Assembly: GCA_032718475.1 (NCBI GenBank)
Contig: JAUCBJ010000045.1
Location: forward strand, 38,527-102,526
DNA: 64,000 nt
Origin: Nemertoderma westbladi
Taxonomy: Eukaryota > Animalia > Xenacoelomorpha
Direction: 5' to 3'
Below the pieces are notes generated by a model. It was not told the origin of the DNA. It made no database searches and was given only the letters and a program-made list of their open reading frames with translations. Below are positions 35,201 through 47,109 of the stretch, piece after piece (positions within the stretch are counted from its first letter, which is position 1; every line of letters begins with the position of its first letter). Made by a program: the position numbers and the translations under genes.

Positions 35201-36233
35201 GTAACTAACGCTGAAAGATAGATAATTTAAAGCTCCATAAGTCTGTTTAAATACGTTTCCCAGACGTTGAGTAGTTTTCGAGCTAAACGAGTTCCCGCGC
35301 AGCGAGTTTGAAACGCGAAATTTTAATATTGGCCCTCAATTTTTTAATATCGCTTGCGCAGCAAAACCAATCGAATATTTGGATTCCACGTATCGATATT
35401 AACCGTATAAAATGTACCTTAACCATGTAGAGTCAAAAATAAAAAAGTTATTAGTTATAAACATTTTATCATTTTCTGACCCTTTTTGGACCCCTTTGCC
35501 GACTTATTTTTTGTACCCCCATTCGATAGGATCGTAGCCCCTGTGGTGTTTTATGCATTCAGAAAAAGAATTGGCGGATTCCTACTCGCGTTTTCGAAAT
35601 AAAAATTTCGGAAATATAAAATATATAAAAAAGATGGAAAAAACAGACAAAGTTACGGCCCCTTTTTCCACTCGAAATATTAATAAATATCTTACCCCCA
35701 TTCGATACGAAGATAGCGCCACTCTTTCCCTTTTAAACTGCGTTACTTTCGTCCCCGTACGATTAATATTAGCCGAGTTGTAGTGGATCCCGCAAAGTCA
35801 TTTTGTCCGTTTTTCTAACTTTGACGGACAATAGACGGAAAAGTAACTCGGGGACCCCCTATTTTTAAAGCTGTAAACATCTAATTTGGAACCCTCTTTA
35901 TGTTTCAACGATAAAAAAAGTACTTTCGCCCGTGGTTTTTGTAGTTAACATAGAACCTAATGTTAAAATCGACAAAAATCGGGAAGAAAATTGTCCGTCA
36001 TGTCCGTCAAACAAATAGATTAAAAAAAAAGGGCCAAGCTAGGCGTCTTAGAATAGGCCCGCGCGCCTCCAAAACGAAAATAAAGAAAAAATAGTGGCTA
36101 GTTTAGGAGTTACCATGGGAAACACTCGTTTTCGGGATAACGTTATAGATCCTCCGGTATTAGGAGCGGCCGTATTCACCTCACTCACACGGCCGCGATT
36201 GTATAAAAGTGAAAATGGTTTCATCCCACCAAG
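35201..36233. repeat. Interspersed repeat copy 2 (uninterrupted)
   Basis: Direct repeat of 32046-33363. Confidence 0.85.
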
Positions 36234-36392
36234 TTCGTGAAATAAATTATATGCTGAATACAATTTGAAAGTTTAAGTTTATTAATTAAGAAATCTTTTA
36301 ACATATTACCATAACCACACTGTTAACTACGCAAATACTACTATGGTAAAGTTTCGCTCAATACATGGCACGCCCCATAATCATGACCCGAC

Positions 36393-38963
36393 TCAAGGGG
36401 GTGGAGGTGGTGGGGTAGGGGGAACCTCGTTACACCAGTTCACTGCGTGACAATCGCTCAACTCCATGCCACTAGTTGCATACCATCGTTCGATACATTC
36501 CCCATCACAGAAGTCTGCCACACAGGTTGGCCCTTCAGACATATGGTTAATACAATAGAAACAGGGGTCGCACAGTTCCATGCATTTCTCCGCCGCGGTC
36601 TCGAGATCGCATGGATCGCCTACACCATCGCCGTCGCAGTCAATTACATTGTTAAGACGGTCGTAGAATATAGCGTGACATCCGCCGCAATAATTGGGCT
36701 CGCAATGAGCCTCCAGGTGGGCCGGACACTCTGCGAATTCGCAGGGATTCACAAAACACAAAACTTCATGAACTCCGGGCGGACACGGACAATCATCGTC
36801 ATCACCACAATCAACAAGGTTGCTGTCCTCGTCGAAATAGTCAGCGAAACAACCGCCACAGTAGTTCGGTCTGCAGTGCGCGTAAGGATGATTGGGGCAC
36901 GAATGTGTGCGACAAGGATCTTCGTTACAACGCAGCACCGCCACACCGTTGGGACAAGGACCAACTTCCTCGCAATCTACCACTTGGTTATCACTGTTGT
37001 AGAAGACGGCATTGCAACCGCCGCAGTAGTTTGGTACGCAGGTGGCGTCGGGGTAGGAAGGACATGTCGCTCGGTCGCAAGGATTCCACATACACGTCGT
37101 GTCGTAGGGAACGCCGGGACTACAAGGGCCGCCGATCGGTTCGCAATCGACTACAGCGCCGTTCTCATCGACAAAATAGTAGCTGCAGCCGCCACAGTAA
37201 TCGCGGACACAGGTGGCCTCAGGGTTGGCCGTGCAGACCTTCCCTTGGCACGGATCCTCGTAACAGGTATGCAACTCCATACCGGAGGCACACCATGTTG
37301 TAGTGACGCCATCTAGAGGTTCCATACAGACACGCTGACAGCCGTCCTGACAACAACGTTGATCTTCTCGACACTCCCCATCGTGATCGCATTCGTCATG
37401 GGGAGCTACGCATTCTGTTCTGGAGAGCGCCGGTACGTGGGGACAAACACCCGGTTTAACTATCCACGAAGGCAAACATGTCCGTTTGCATCCGTTCCAA
37501 CAACATTTCTGCCATTTTCCTTCGCAATCGTTATCACAACAACAGTCATCCACCACACCAAACGGACAAAGAGTAAGTAAAGGAGATACTACAGGAGGAC
37601 AGGATCCTATTTTCACCTTTTTACAAGGCCAAACGCATGGCTGAACGCATTTATATTGGCATCCAACGCGGCAACATTTATACTCTTTAATAAAACACTC
37701 ATTATCACAATCACATTCGTGGATCACTGGTTTTGGAAACAACATGGGGAAGAAAGGTTGCTTTGGACATTTCCCAATTCGAAGAAATTGGCAAGGGAGA
37801 ACTGGTCTTTGACATATTTTCCTGCATCCGTCGAAGCAACATTTATTGGGAGATTTGCAATCCTCATCGCATTGACATAAATCGATGCTCGGATAAGGGC
37901 AAAACAAAGGATAGCAGAGCAGTTTCGGACAACTTCCGATTCTCTCAAATAAACAAGGACAATCAGGTGGCTTACATAACCTGGTACATCCATCGTGACA
38001 GCACTTCCAGTCACCTTTACAATCGTCATCGCATTTACACAAAGGTTCTATGAGATCTATAGGACAATATGGAGGTATCACAGGCTTTGGACATTTACAA
38101 GGCTTCTCGGTGTTACATGGAACATTTAGAGCTTCAACACAAACAAATTTGCAACCATCCGAACAACACTTGGAGTCTCCTTTGCAATGTTTATCGCACA
38201 TGCATTGATGGGGAGGAGGGTACAAGCATGGCGGCTTGATCCACGGATTGGGACAATGACCTGGTTTCGGAATGTCATCTAAACATGGAGCCAATGACAC
38301 AGGCGGGAGACAAACTTTCTTGCAACCCTGATAGCAGCATTTATAATTACCAAAACAATGTTCATCACATTCGCATTCATGGGGTTGGACAGGGGCGCAA
38401 TCGGAAAACAGAATGGAATTTACCAGTTGACAACTACCTGGTTTTTCTATGGCGCATGGCGGTAGTGGGGCTGGGACATGGCATGCACTTTTACAGCCAT
38501 CGTGACAACACTTTTGGTCACGGTCGCAATGACTGTCGTCTTGGCAACTAGACATATCGTCTATGAGACAAGCTTTGTTCATTCTCGATACAATGGGGCA
38601 ATTACCCGGTTTAGGAGGACTTTCAGGATCAACACAAGCATAGCCGCAACCAACACGGCAGCATTTGAGAAGACCATGACATTCATGATCGTAAGTGCAC
38701 TCGGTAGGGCATTCCGCCAGGGCGATGTAAGAGTCGCGATATTGGGGACAGACCCCTGGTTTGACAGACGGTCCGATCGGAATAGCCTCTTTCGCCTCCA
38801 ATTGAACGAATTCATCATGAAGACCAATGTATGGTAACTGTACCTCTTGTAACTCTACCTCTATCTCTGGCACTATGTGCAAAGTATCTCTCGGTACTTC
38901 AGCGCATTGCACCCCATGGTATACAGAGGTAATGGCAGACAGCACCACTAAAATCCACCACAT
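36393..38963 (-). CDS. Secreted multi-WAP (four-disulfide core) protein: signal peptide, 9 WAP domains, 4+1 'PC...C...P.A.C..nYCGGC' repeats, poly-Pro tail; single coding exon
   Basis: MWWILVVLSAITSVYHGVQC signal peptide; nine KPG.CP/RIG.CP...C..D..C....KCC..GC...C units; AATAAA on minus strand at 36278-36283. Confidence 0.9.
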   Translation of the reverse strand: MWWILVVLSAITSVYHGVQCAEVPRDTLHIVPEIEVELQEVQLPYIGLHDEFVQLEAKEAIPIGPSVKPGVCPQYRDSYIALAECPTECTYDHECHGLLKCCRVGCGYACVDPESPPKPGNCPIVSRMNKACLIDDMSSCQDDSHCDRDQKCCHDGCKSACHVPAPLPPCAIEKPGSCQLVNSILFSDCAPVQPHECECDEHCFGNYKCCYQGCKKVCLPPVSLAPCLDDIPKPGHCPNPWIKPPCLYPPPHQCMCDKHCKGDSKCCSDGCKFVCVEALNVPCNTEKPCKCPKPVIPPYCPIDLIEPLCKCDDDCKGDWKCCHDGCTRLCKPPDCPCLFERIGSCPKLLCYPLFCPYPSIDLCQCDEDCKSPNKCCFDGCRKICQRPVLPCQFLRIGKCPKQPFFPMLFPKPVIHECDCDNECFIKEYKCCRVGCQYKCVQPCVWPCKKVKIGSCPPVVSPLLTLCPFGVVDDCCCDNDCEGKWQKCCWNGCKRTCLPSWIVKPGVCPHVPALSRTECVAPHDECDHDGECREDQRCCQDGCQRVCMEPLDGVTTTWCASGMELHTCYEDPCQGKVCTANPEATCVRDYCGGCSYYFVDENGAVVDCEPIGGPCSPGVPYDTTCMWNPCDRATCPSYPDATCVPNYCGGCNAVFYNSDNQVVDCEEVGPCPNGVAVLRCNEDPCRTHSCPNHPYAHCRPNYCGGCFADYFDEDSNLVDCGDDDDCPCPPGVHEVLCFVNPCEFAECPAHLEAHCEPNYCGGCHAIFYDRLNNVIDCDGDGVGDPCDLETAAEKCMELCDPCFYCINHMSEGPTCVADFCDGECIERWYATSGMELSDCHAVNWCNEVPPTPPPPPP

Positions 38964-39479
38964 ATTTAGGGAATGTAGTAAGTATTTTAAATCGTTATCT
39001 CTATTTCCACGATGGGTCAGTTATGCGCCACGCGGAAACAAGTAACTATTTTTAAACATATTTAATGGATTAAATAGAAATAACGAATGAAACTGATGGG
39101 TCGGGATATAATAATAACACTATGAGAAAATTACTCGCGGTTCATTGAATCGCCACGTGTTGCACTGGATGGACAAAGAAACCATTCCAACTCACTCAAC
39201 CGTTTTTTTCTCAAACAATTTCATTTATTCCTAATTTATTAAAACGTAAGTATAAAAACCCTGGATAGAGCAATATAACAATAACACAAGTTTAATCTGT
39301 GAATAACCATTCCGGATTTGTTATTACTTGGTAATATTCGTGTGCTTAGGAACTACAACAGTGGTGCGTGGCTCGAGTTTTGGATCTCCAGTTTCAAAAA
39401 ATTGTTTCTCAAAGTTTCACAAATAAAACAAATTATATACTCCAAACAAGAATCGTAACCACAACTAAACTTAATCTAC

Positions 39480-39540
39480 CGAGATACCGGGTTCGAGCCC
39501 CACTAGGGTCGGCTGAAATTTTTCACTCTGAAGAGCATTA
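39480..39540 (+). other. tRNA/SINE-like fragment (B box)
   Basis: CCGGGTTCGAGCCCC B-box-like motif; no correctly spaced A box or cloverleaf. Confidence 0.3.
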
Positions 39541-39701
39541 TCATACTGTTCTACTGCATTATTATATAATTATATTATACGTACACCACACAAACGTATT
39601 TGTTTAATTAAATGTACATTTATAACGGATTGGTAGCTGTGTATAAAAAATTAAATGTACGGTCAAGTCTGCTAGTTAGTTGGTGGTTTCTATTACTTTA
39701 A

Positions 39702-41960
39702 GTGTTGCTGCAGGTATAAATCCTGCCTTTAAAATTACTTATTTTACCAATTTACCCAAAATACTGTATATTTATTGATAAAGGACCAGTTACGGTATCA
39801 TATTGATTTGTTTCTTACAAATTATTCTTTAGTAAAGGTTCTTACGCCATCTAGTGCTATTACACCTATATTCGATCTAATTTCTGTTGTATGGCCTACT
39901 AAGCCTCAAATGGAATACGTGAATACGTGAATTGGCTAGGCTCCTTGCTGATAAAGCTAGTATGTATATAAGTGCAGTTGTGCTATGATTGATTTCTCTC
40001 TCTTTTTGTTATTGTTTGACAGAAGAAGTCGCACTGCCCATGCAGAGGCTTTGTTCCCCGGTCAAGTTTAATTGACTGGTGGTTATTACAGGCCTAAGGT
40101 CTAAACTTAAAGAGTTAATAATTGAATTGTAATTATTCATCGCTACATTGTATATTCTACTGGTTTATTCAATTTATCTTTATTATTTGCTTAATATATC
40201 GCCGATATTACGTAATCAAGGAGGTTTTACACGCGCCACAACAGGTGGGTGCTGTAACTAAGTATCAGTGATAATCTGGACAATTGTATTAGATTCGTGT
40301 GTTGTCTTACCTCTGACTTACTAAATAATTAATATATGGCGATATTTCAGACCATTAATGTAAGCAAAGCTCTCGTTATTAATTACATCACGATTGAGAG
40401 TTGTCACAAATTGAAAATGTAGCGATATCGATATATTTAGACCCAAAGACTTGTCACTATACGTTTCCTCTAAAGGGAAACACAATCACCAGTCTTGAGT
40501 TCTTACAGAATTAATTAGTCAGTCATTTACTTGTTATACTTTGTTGTCACACCCTCCCGGTATAGTATCTCAGTTAAATACAATAGATAATCAAATACCG
40601 TATTGAACTAAGTGAAATATAGAGCAAATCAATACATCAATGGGAGAAAGGGTAAATAAACAGATACAGTGAGCGGCCCTTGTTGACAGGTACACAGGCG
40701 CAATCCCGTTTATTGTATCAGACCGGACATCTTGCCTTCATTTTTGCATGGTTTATTAAGTAACAGAAAAGAGTCAAAATATATGAAAATTGAGAGTGAA
40801 AGAACATAATTTACTAAAAGCGCTAACAGTAATAACCAACTCTCAGCCCCCCTCGAGTGTTTTTGATTTGCTTATTTGTTTGGTAAGCTTTATTTTCTCT
40901 AATTTTCGACTGACCATCGTAATTAGTAGGAATTTGTGCATAAATATTTATTGATTAATATTCTAGACCTGGTCCGTTTATTGTATTTTTTGGTAAGTAT
41001 TTTGCAAGTATTTGATAAACTTATTTACTGTTGTATAACCGGAGAGTGTAAAGGAGTACTTTATATATCGTTATTTATAATTGGTGTATTTGTTGTTTTT
41101 TGCTTTCACGTATTGGTGAGTTTTGAACATTAACTGATAGCGCCCTATGTATCATTGGACGTTGTAAGGCGTAGACGTTCGTTTTCTACTGTAAGCCGGG
41201 TACAATAGGTAAATTCCCGCGGCAATAATTCTAGATTGGTCGGGTCAGATAATAGACGGAATCTGTTAGCGCTTTTAGTAAATTATGTTCTTTCACCCTC
41301 AATTTTCATATATTTTGACTCTTTTCTGTTACTTAATAAATAAACCATGCAAAACTGAAGGCAAGATGTCCGGTTCGATACAATAAACGGGATTGCGCCT
41401 GTGTACCTGTCAACAAGGGCCGCTCACTGTATCTGTTTATTTGCCCCTTTTCCCTTCGATGCATTGATTTGCTCTATATTTCACTTAGTTCAATACGGTA
41501 TTTGATTATCTATTGTATTTGACTGAGATACTATACCGGGAGGGTGTGACAACACAGTATAACAAGCAAATGACTGACTAATTAATTCTGTAAGAACTCA
41601 AGTCTCGGGGAATAAAGCCTCTGCATGGGCAGTGCGACTTCTTCCTTCAAACAATAACAAAAAGAGAGTAAAATCAATCATAGCACAACCACACTTATAT
41701 ACTAGCTTTATCAGCAAGGAGCATAGCCAATAAGCATCACGTATTCCATTTGAGGTTTAGCAGGCCTTTACAGTAGAAATTAGATCGAATATAGGTGTAA
41801 TAGCGCTAGATGGCGTAAGAACCTTTACTAAAGAATAATTTTTAAGAAACAAATCAATATTATGATACCGTAACTGGTCCTTTATCAATAAATATACAGT
41901 ATTTTGGGTAAATTGGTAAAATAAGTAATTTAAAGGCAGGATTTATACCTGCAGCAACAC
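39702..41960. mobile_element. Foldback/long-TIR non-autonomous element
   Basis: 39702-40060 is the reverse complement of ~41605-41960, and ~40492-40825 of ~41265-41603. The left arm has ~430 extra bp. No coding capacity and no clear TSD. Confidence 0.8.
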
Positions 41961-42089
41961 CGCTTCCATTCATTTAGCTACCAGGGTGTTAAAGTCAAGG
42001 CAGAAGTTCAAATTCGTACATAAAAAATAATCTAATAAGTAAATAATTCAGTTATCAATACCAAACTAGAATTATACAGAACATTATGT

Positions 42090-42360
42090 AGCCAATCATA
42101 TAAAAAATCTCAACTCGTGAACAAATTAAATCGAGTAGATTAGTGAATATCTATCACCTCTAAATAAGCAAACTATAGTGCCAAGAGTATCTAATACATA
42201 TATAAAAGGTTTCAGCTCGTGAACAAACCAAATTAAATGAATTATTGGGTACCAATTACTTCTAAATAAGCAAACTCTAGTGCTAAAGAATATATATCTA
42301 ATGCATATAAAATGTCTCAGCTCGTGAACAAATAAGCTAAATGAATTATTGGGGATACCA
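42090..42360. repeat. Three degenerate ~105-bp tandem units
   Basis: CTCGTGAACAAA recurs at ~42114, 42216 and 42321. Confidence 0.6.
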
Positions 42361-42894
42361 CTTACTTACAGTATTTTACGCTCATAATATAAAGTAGGAA
42401 TATAAGTGGTATAAAGTAGAATAGACATAATAAAAAGTAACCGGAAAAAATAACGTTTATTTACGGGTTCTTTTCCTTTTTGGGGGTCGATTGGGACGTT
42501 TCGGTACGGGAAGCCATTACCAGGTACCGGAGGTGGAGAACCTTGCACTTGTAGCCCCTCAGTGGCGGAAGGATGAAGTTCCAGTAACACGATCGCCCAG
42601 CAGAACGGTGACGAGTACATTTCTAATCATCGCATCCCGATCGTCGCTAATGATCGTCGCATCCCTAAGGGTAGAGTTCGCCTAGTTCGCCTCTCTAAGG
42701 GCAGAGTTTCAGTTGTGCAGAAAGTACTTTAATATTTGAATTTTTATATTTATATAGAACAAGCGATTACTACCTAGTATAATCTCATTCATTATATTAC
42801 ACAATCTAAATAAATTAATGTTTGATGTATATTAATTTGAAAAACCTGGATTATAAGGATATCGGGATGATACGGATATTCCTTATATAAACTT

Positions 42895-43345
42895 CTATTC
42901 GATCTGTACACCTGCCATGAAACTCAACCCTCACACAACCTATTCGATCTGTACACCTGCCATGAAACTCAACCCTCACACAACCTATTCGATCTGTACA
43001 CCTGCCATGAAACTCAACCCTCACACAACCTATTCGATCTGTACACCTGCCATGAAACTCAACCCTCACACAACCTATTCGATCTGTACACCTGCCATGA
43101 AACTCAACCCTCACACAACCTATTCGATCTGTACACCTGCCATAAAACTCAACCCTCACACAACCTATTCGATCTGTACACCTGCCATGAAACTCAACCC
43201 TCACACAACCTATTCGATCTGTACACCTGCCATGAAACTCAACCCTCACACAACCTATTCGATCTGTACACCTGCCATGAAACTCAACCCTCACACAACC
43301 TATTCGATCTGTACACCTGCCATGAAACTCAACCCTCACACAACC
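42895..43345. repeat. 45-bp minisatellite, 10 near-identical copies
   Basis: CTATTCGATCTGTACACCTGCCATGAAACTCAACCCTCACACAAC x10, one substitution seen. Confidence 0.95.
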
Positions 43346-43559
43346 ATATTTTATTGCCTGTAATGTCAATATCTGAAATATATGGAAATAACTAAATTAT
43401 TTAATGATTTTTAAATTTTTTAAACATTAAAAGTTTTAAACAAAATATAATGTAGCACGACTAAGAAAACGGCGGAACATAACAATTAAAAGAAATTATT
43501 AATTCCCAAATAATGTAACACCAACTAGAATATAGACTAAAAACATTCATAAGATTAGA

Positions 43560-44180
43560 AGTCTACATGGAAGAAATAATCCTGTCTGCGTATCGGGTTG
43601 TCCGTCGATGTCGAAGTCCGACATACTGACTATCATCTGTAAGGATAACGCCCCCAGCCATTCCTCTGGGAAGCCGCACTCATCGTCTCATAGGATCTTA
43701 GTTGCGATGTCTCCAATGAGCCCAAGTTTTATCACTCTATTATCGAATGCAATGAGCTACAACAATGTGATTCCCGCGCTCATTCCGGTATATGCGATAA
43801 GCCGTTGATATTTCTTCACCCATTCAGTATCTACCCACGTCCAAAAATAAACTGAGATGCGATGGAGGATGGATCATATTTTATAGTCGCATCGACAGTC
43901 GCGGTGACATTTGGGGTGGAAGTTATTACCGCAATGGACTCGGAGATCCCAAAGGAAGTTACTTTCTCGGATTTCATAATATCTATTTTCTGACACTCAA
44001 CAAGAATTGTTTCCTAAATATCGACTTGGGAGAATCGAGGATAATCTACAGCAACTTTACTTCGGTGTCTCCTTTTAAGTTAAACGTACTACTGTACGAC
44101 CGGTTGCTGATGGAGCTTACAATCTCACTGTCCTGAATAACATGGAGTTTCACCGAAGTTATGGATGGCGGATTAGGTAC
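43560..44180 (-). pseudogene. Possible decayed coding sequence, unidentified
   Basis: GC-richer island; minus strand reads WTWVDTEWVKKYQRLIAYTG...DDECGFPEEWLGALSL with in-frame stops. Confidence 0.25.
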
Positions 44181-44194
44181 AACTGTGTTTTGGG

Positions 44195-45685
44195 TATATG
44201 TTTTATACTTGCTACTTTTTGTTACTTTTTATTTTGATTATTTTCTAGAACATGTTATCTATTCTATTATATAACATGATATATATATTATTTTATAATA
44301 AATATATTTCATATAAATATATTTCATTCTAGAACATTTATATGAAAATAATTTTTCAGTTATGGTTTTTGTTAGCTTATATTTAAAAATATTCCACAAA
44401 ATATGTGAGCTTTATTATTTAAAAAGTAAATATGTAAAAATACATTTTTTTAAACTCGCTAGTAATAAAATACTTAGATTCCATAAAAATAGGTCAATAA
44501 GGTCAATAAGGCCAATAAGGCCAATAAGGCCAATAAGGTCAATAAGGCCAATAAGGTCAATAAGGTCAATAAGGTCAATAAGGTCAATAAGGTCAATAAG
44601 GTCAATAGGTCCTATTGGTAATTAAACAGAATCGGTTTAAAATGAAATCACCAAAATAAATATAACATTTTAATAAATGTTCTAGAACCAAAATATTTGT
44701 TTTACAACAAAGAGGAACAAAGTAACAAAATCTAGCGATTATAAAAAATTAGGAGGCGGTTTGCCCACTACGACTGAACTGTAGGCCAAGTACAGATGGA
44801 CTGGAAGAATTCACCAAAATGAATGGGAACCGAAATATGAAACATTAGAGATGAAACTGAAGTGCCTGCCGTATCAAAGATAACAGAAACAAACTGTACC
44901 GTAGCAGTAGTAGGTTACTTATTGTTATTGTGTAACTAACAAATATAATTTACAACAAATAATGAGCAACAAAAACAGAACTGGAATAGTTAATGGATTT
45001 CTGGAATATTTTAGGCACTACTACAGTATGTGTACCCATGACCGGGATTTATTTTGTAGTAGCTAGTTTTTGCTACTTTATTTTTTTTTAATGTTCTATG
45101 TCATATTAGCTATAGTTTTGCAAAAAAAATGTTCTAGAACAAATCTTCCTTGTTCTAGAATATTTTTTTTTAAGTTTATAATTCTTAATAATAAACCTTA
45201 ATCTGTTGCCTTTAAATACTTCAAAATATTATTCTAGAATGTTTTTTAATGTTTACAGTAGTAGGTTCACTTTAACTGTTTTCATTAAATAAAATGCCAC
45301 GTCATGAAAACAAAAAGTGCTCTAATGCTCTAAAGATCCAAATATTATTGAGATTTCCAAAGAATAGTTATAAAAGAAAAGTATATAAATTTGAAAAAAA
45401 CATTTTTTTTTAATAATAGCTAACTTGGAAAATCACTAGCTCGTCTGATAATTTGTATTTCTTAAAAAAAGTGTTAAATGTTTATAGATAAATAAACTAT
45501 TTATTACACATAATAATAAATTTTTAATAATTTTTTTTTTATATATAAATGTTCTAGAACAAAAAATATTTGTTCTAGAACATAACTTTTTTACCTACCA
45601 ATAGCTAACATGAAATAAAATAGTTCTAATAAAAAGTAGCAAAAACTAGCTATAGTAAAAAAAATATGGTCATGGGTACACATAC
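44195..45685. repeat. Two related AT-rich foldback modules (~44195-44750, ~45055-45660) rich in TTCTAGAA palindromes
   Basis: TAGCTAGTTTTTGCTACTTT (45059) is inverted at 45632-45651; similar arms at 44205/44720; nine TTCTAGAA copies. Confidence 0.6.
44488..44610 (+). repeat. 9-bp microsatellite (AGG[T/C]CAATA)n, ~13 copies
   Basis: Direct inspection. Confidence 0.9.
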
Positions 45686-45879
45686 TGTATGTAGTAGTGC
45701 CATATTTGATTTATACCAACATATAAACAAGTTTCTAGAACTCCATGAAAAGTTAAACCAACATGTATTAATATCCTCTGAGTTACAATAAATATATGAA
45801 CGGCACTTCCGTAGGTCGTGTCGCTTCCGTTGGAACGTCGGTTCCAGGAACCGCGGTAGGAATCACATAAAGGATAGAT

Positions 45880-46100
45880 GGAAACCGTAGACCCAAAGGG
45901 TAAACCATATGTAACAACCAACCCGTAGACCCAGCGGGTAACCCATGGGTTACATCCAACCCGTCAACCCAGCGGGTAAACCATGGGTTCTAACAAAACC
46001 CGCCAAGCCAACTGGTTACCCATGGGTTCCACCCAACCCGTGAATCCATCGGGTAACCCATGGGTTCCATTCAACCCGTCAACCCAGCGGATAACTCATG
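45880..46100. repeat. ~40-bp degenerate tandem repeat with AACCCATGGGTT palindrome and ACCCG motifs
   Basis: About 5-6 units of CAACCCG.....CCCAGCGGGTAACCCATGGGTT. Confidence 0.75.
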
Positions 46101-46284
46101 TATTCTCATGGTAATGACACATCTACTTTTGCGGCAATATCATCATTACATTTTCGTTTGTGTAGAACAAGAGAGGTGTGAAAACTTGACCCACACTCAG
46201 AGTGTTTAATATTAAAATGCACTATTTACAGTAGACATATAATAACACAACACAAATACCGTGTAATTATTAATTAACTGAGAA

Positions 46285-46955
46285 TTAATCTGTTATATAT
46301 TGATCTTCTCTTCCTCGAGATGTTACTTCTGTGTAGATTTGATCCAGCTGTGTGGTCTCTAGGTAACTCTTGTAGTATCGAATGTGAGCCATCAATCCCA
46401 GAAAGTTCCTTTTTTGACCTATTAAACGTTTTCCAATGAGAAACTGATACGATTGGTCCGATCTTTCGGCCGCAGTTATATGTTTCTCTTTAATCTTGTG
46501 TTCTCCGCTATCTATGCTACGGATGTACAAATACATCTTGTTGGATGTGTTAGTTCCACTCACTGCCGCTACGGCCATGTACCACTTGTCGACTGTAATA
46601 CAATCAGGTAGTGTAATTTGGTTTGGTGACGATTCATAGGAAAGAGATGTTGAATTGGGATGTATCGCAACGTGCGATCCTTGACTTTGGTTGTTGCCAA
46701 ACCCCAGTAACGGAGTTCTGTCCGTTGCCGTTGTCTGCTTGATAAAGGCAATCACAGTGAACGTCTCTGTCTGGAGCCTGTCGTCATGGGGGATGGAAAC
46801 ATAGCCGCTACTAAAATCCGCTGATTGGCCCGCAAATCCTCGGGGTCCTTCTTTGTACTTCAGGTTGTCATGGACGACTCCATTGAGTCGCCCCAATTGG
46901 TCATTCCCTTTGTATTTTAAACCGAGTGGCCAATAAGCAACCAGTGTGGTGTCAG
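46285..46955 (-). CDS. Last exon (LamG/concanavalin A-like domain) of a secreted PAN-PAN-Cys-rich-LamG protein
   Basis: Acceptor tttttgattctgattcag|CT at 46955, phase 1; (A)DTTLVAYWPL...FTVIAFIK...KWYMAVA...FLIG...NFLGLMAHIRYYKSYLETTQLDQIY. Confidence 0.85.
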
Positions 46956-47109
46956 CTGAATCAGAATCAAAAAAATATATAAATGTATTGAAATGATTTA
47001 GTAATCTAATTTATACTGAGAGCGAGAGCATCCATGACCCATATACAAACTACAGTAGACTAGCTTATTAATACCTATATATATAATACCTAAACATTTT
47101 ATAAATAAT

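Noticed and set aside
36447-37316. 289-aa plus-strand ORF, and the many antisense ORFs over 20272-30316
   Set aside because: Shadow frames of GC-rich coding sequence on the opposite strand
42851-43369. Repetitive ORFs on both strands of the 45-bp array
   Set aside because: Open only because the unit is a stop-free multiple of 3; no other coding evidence
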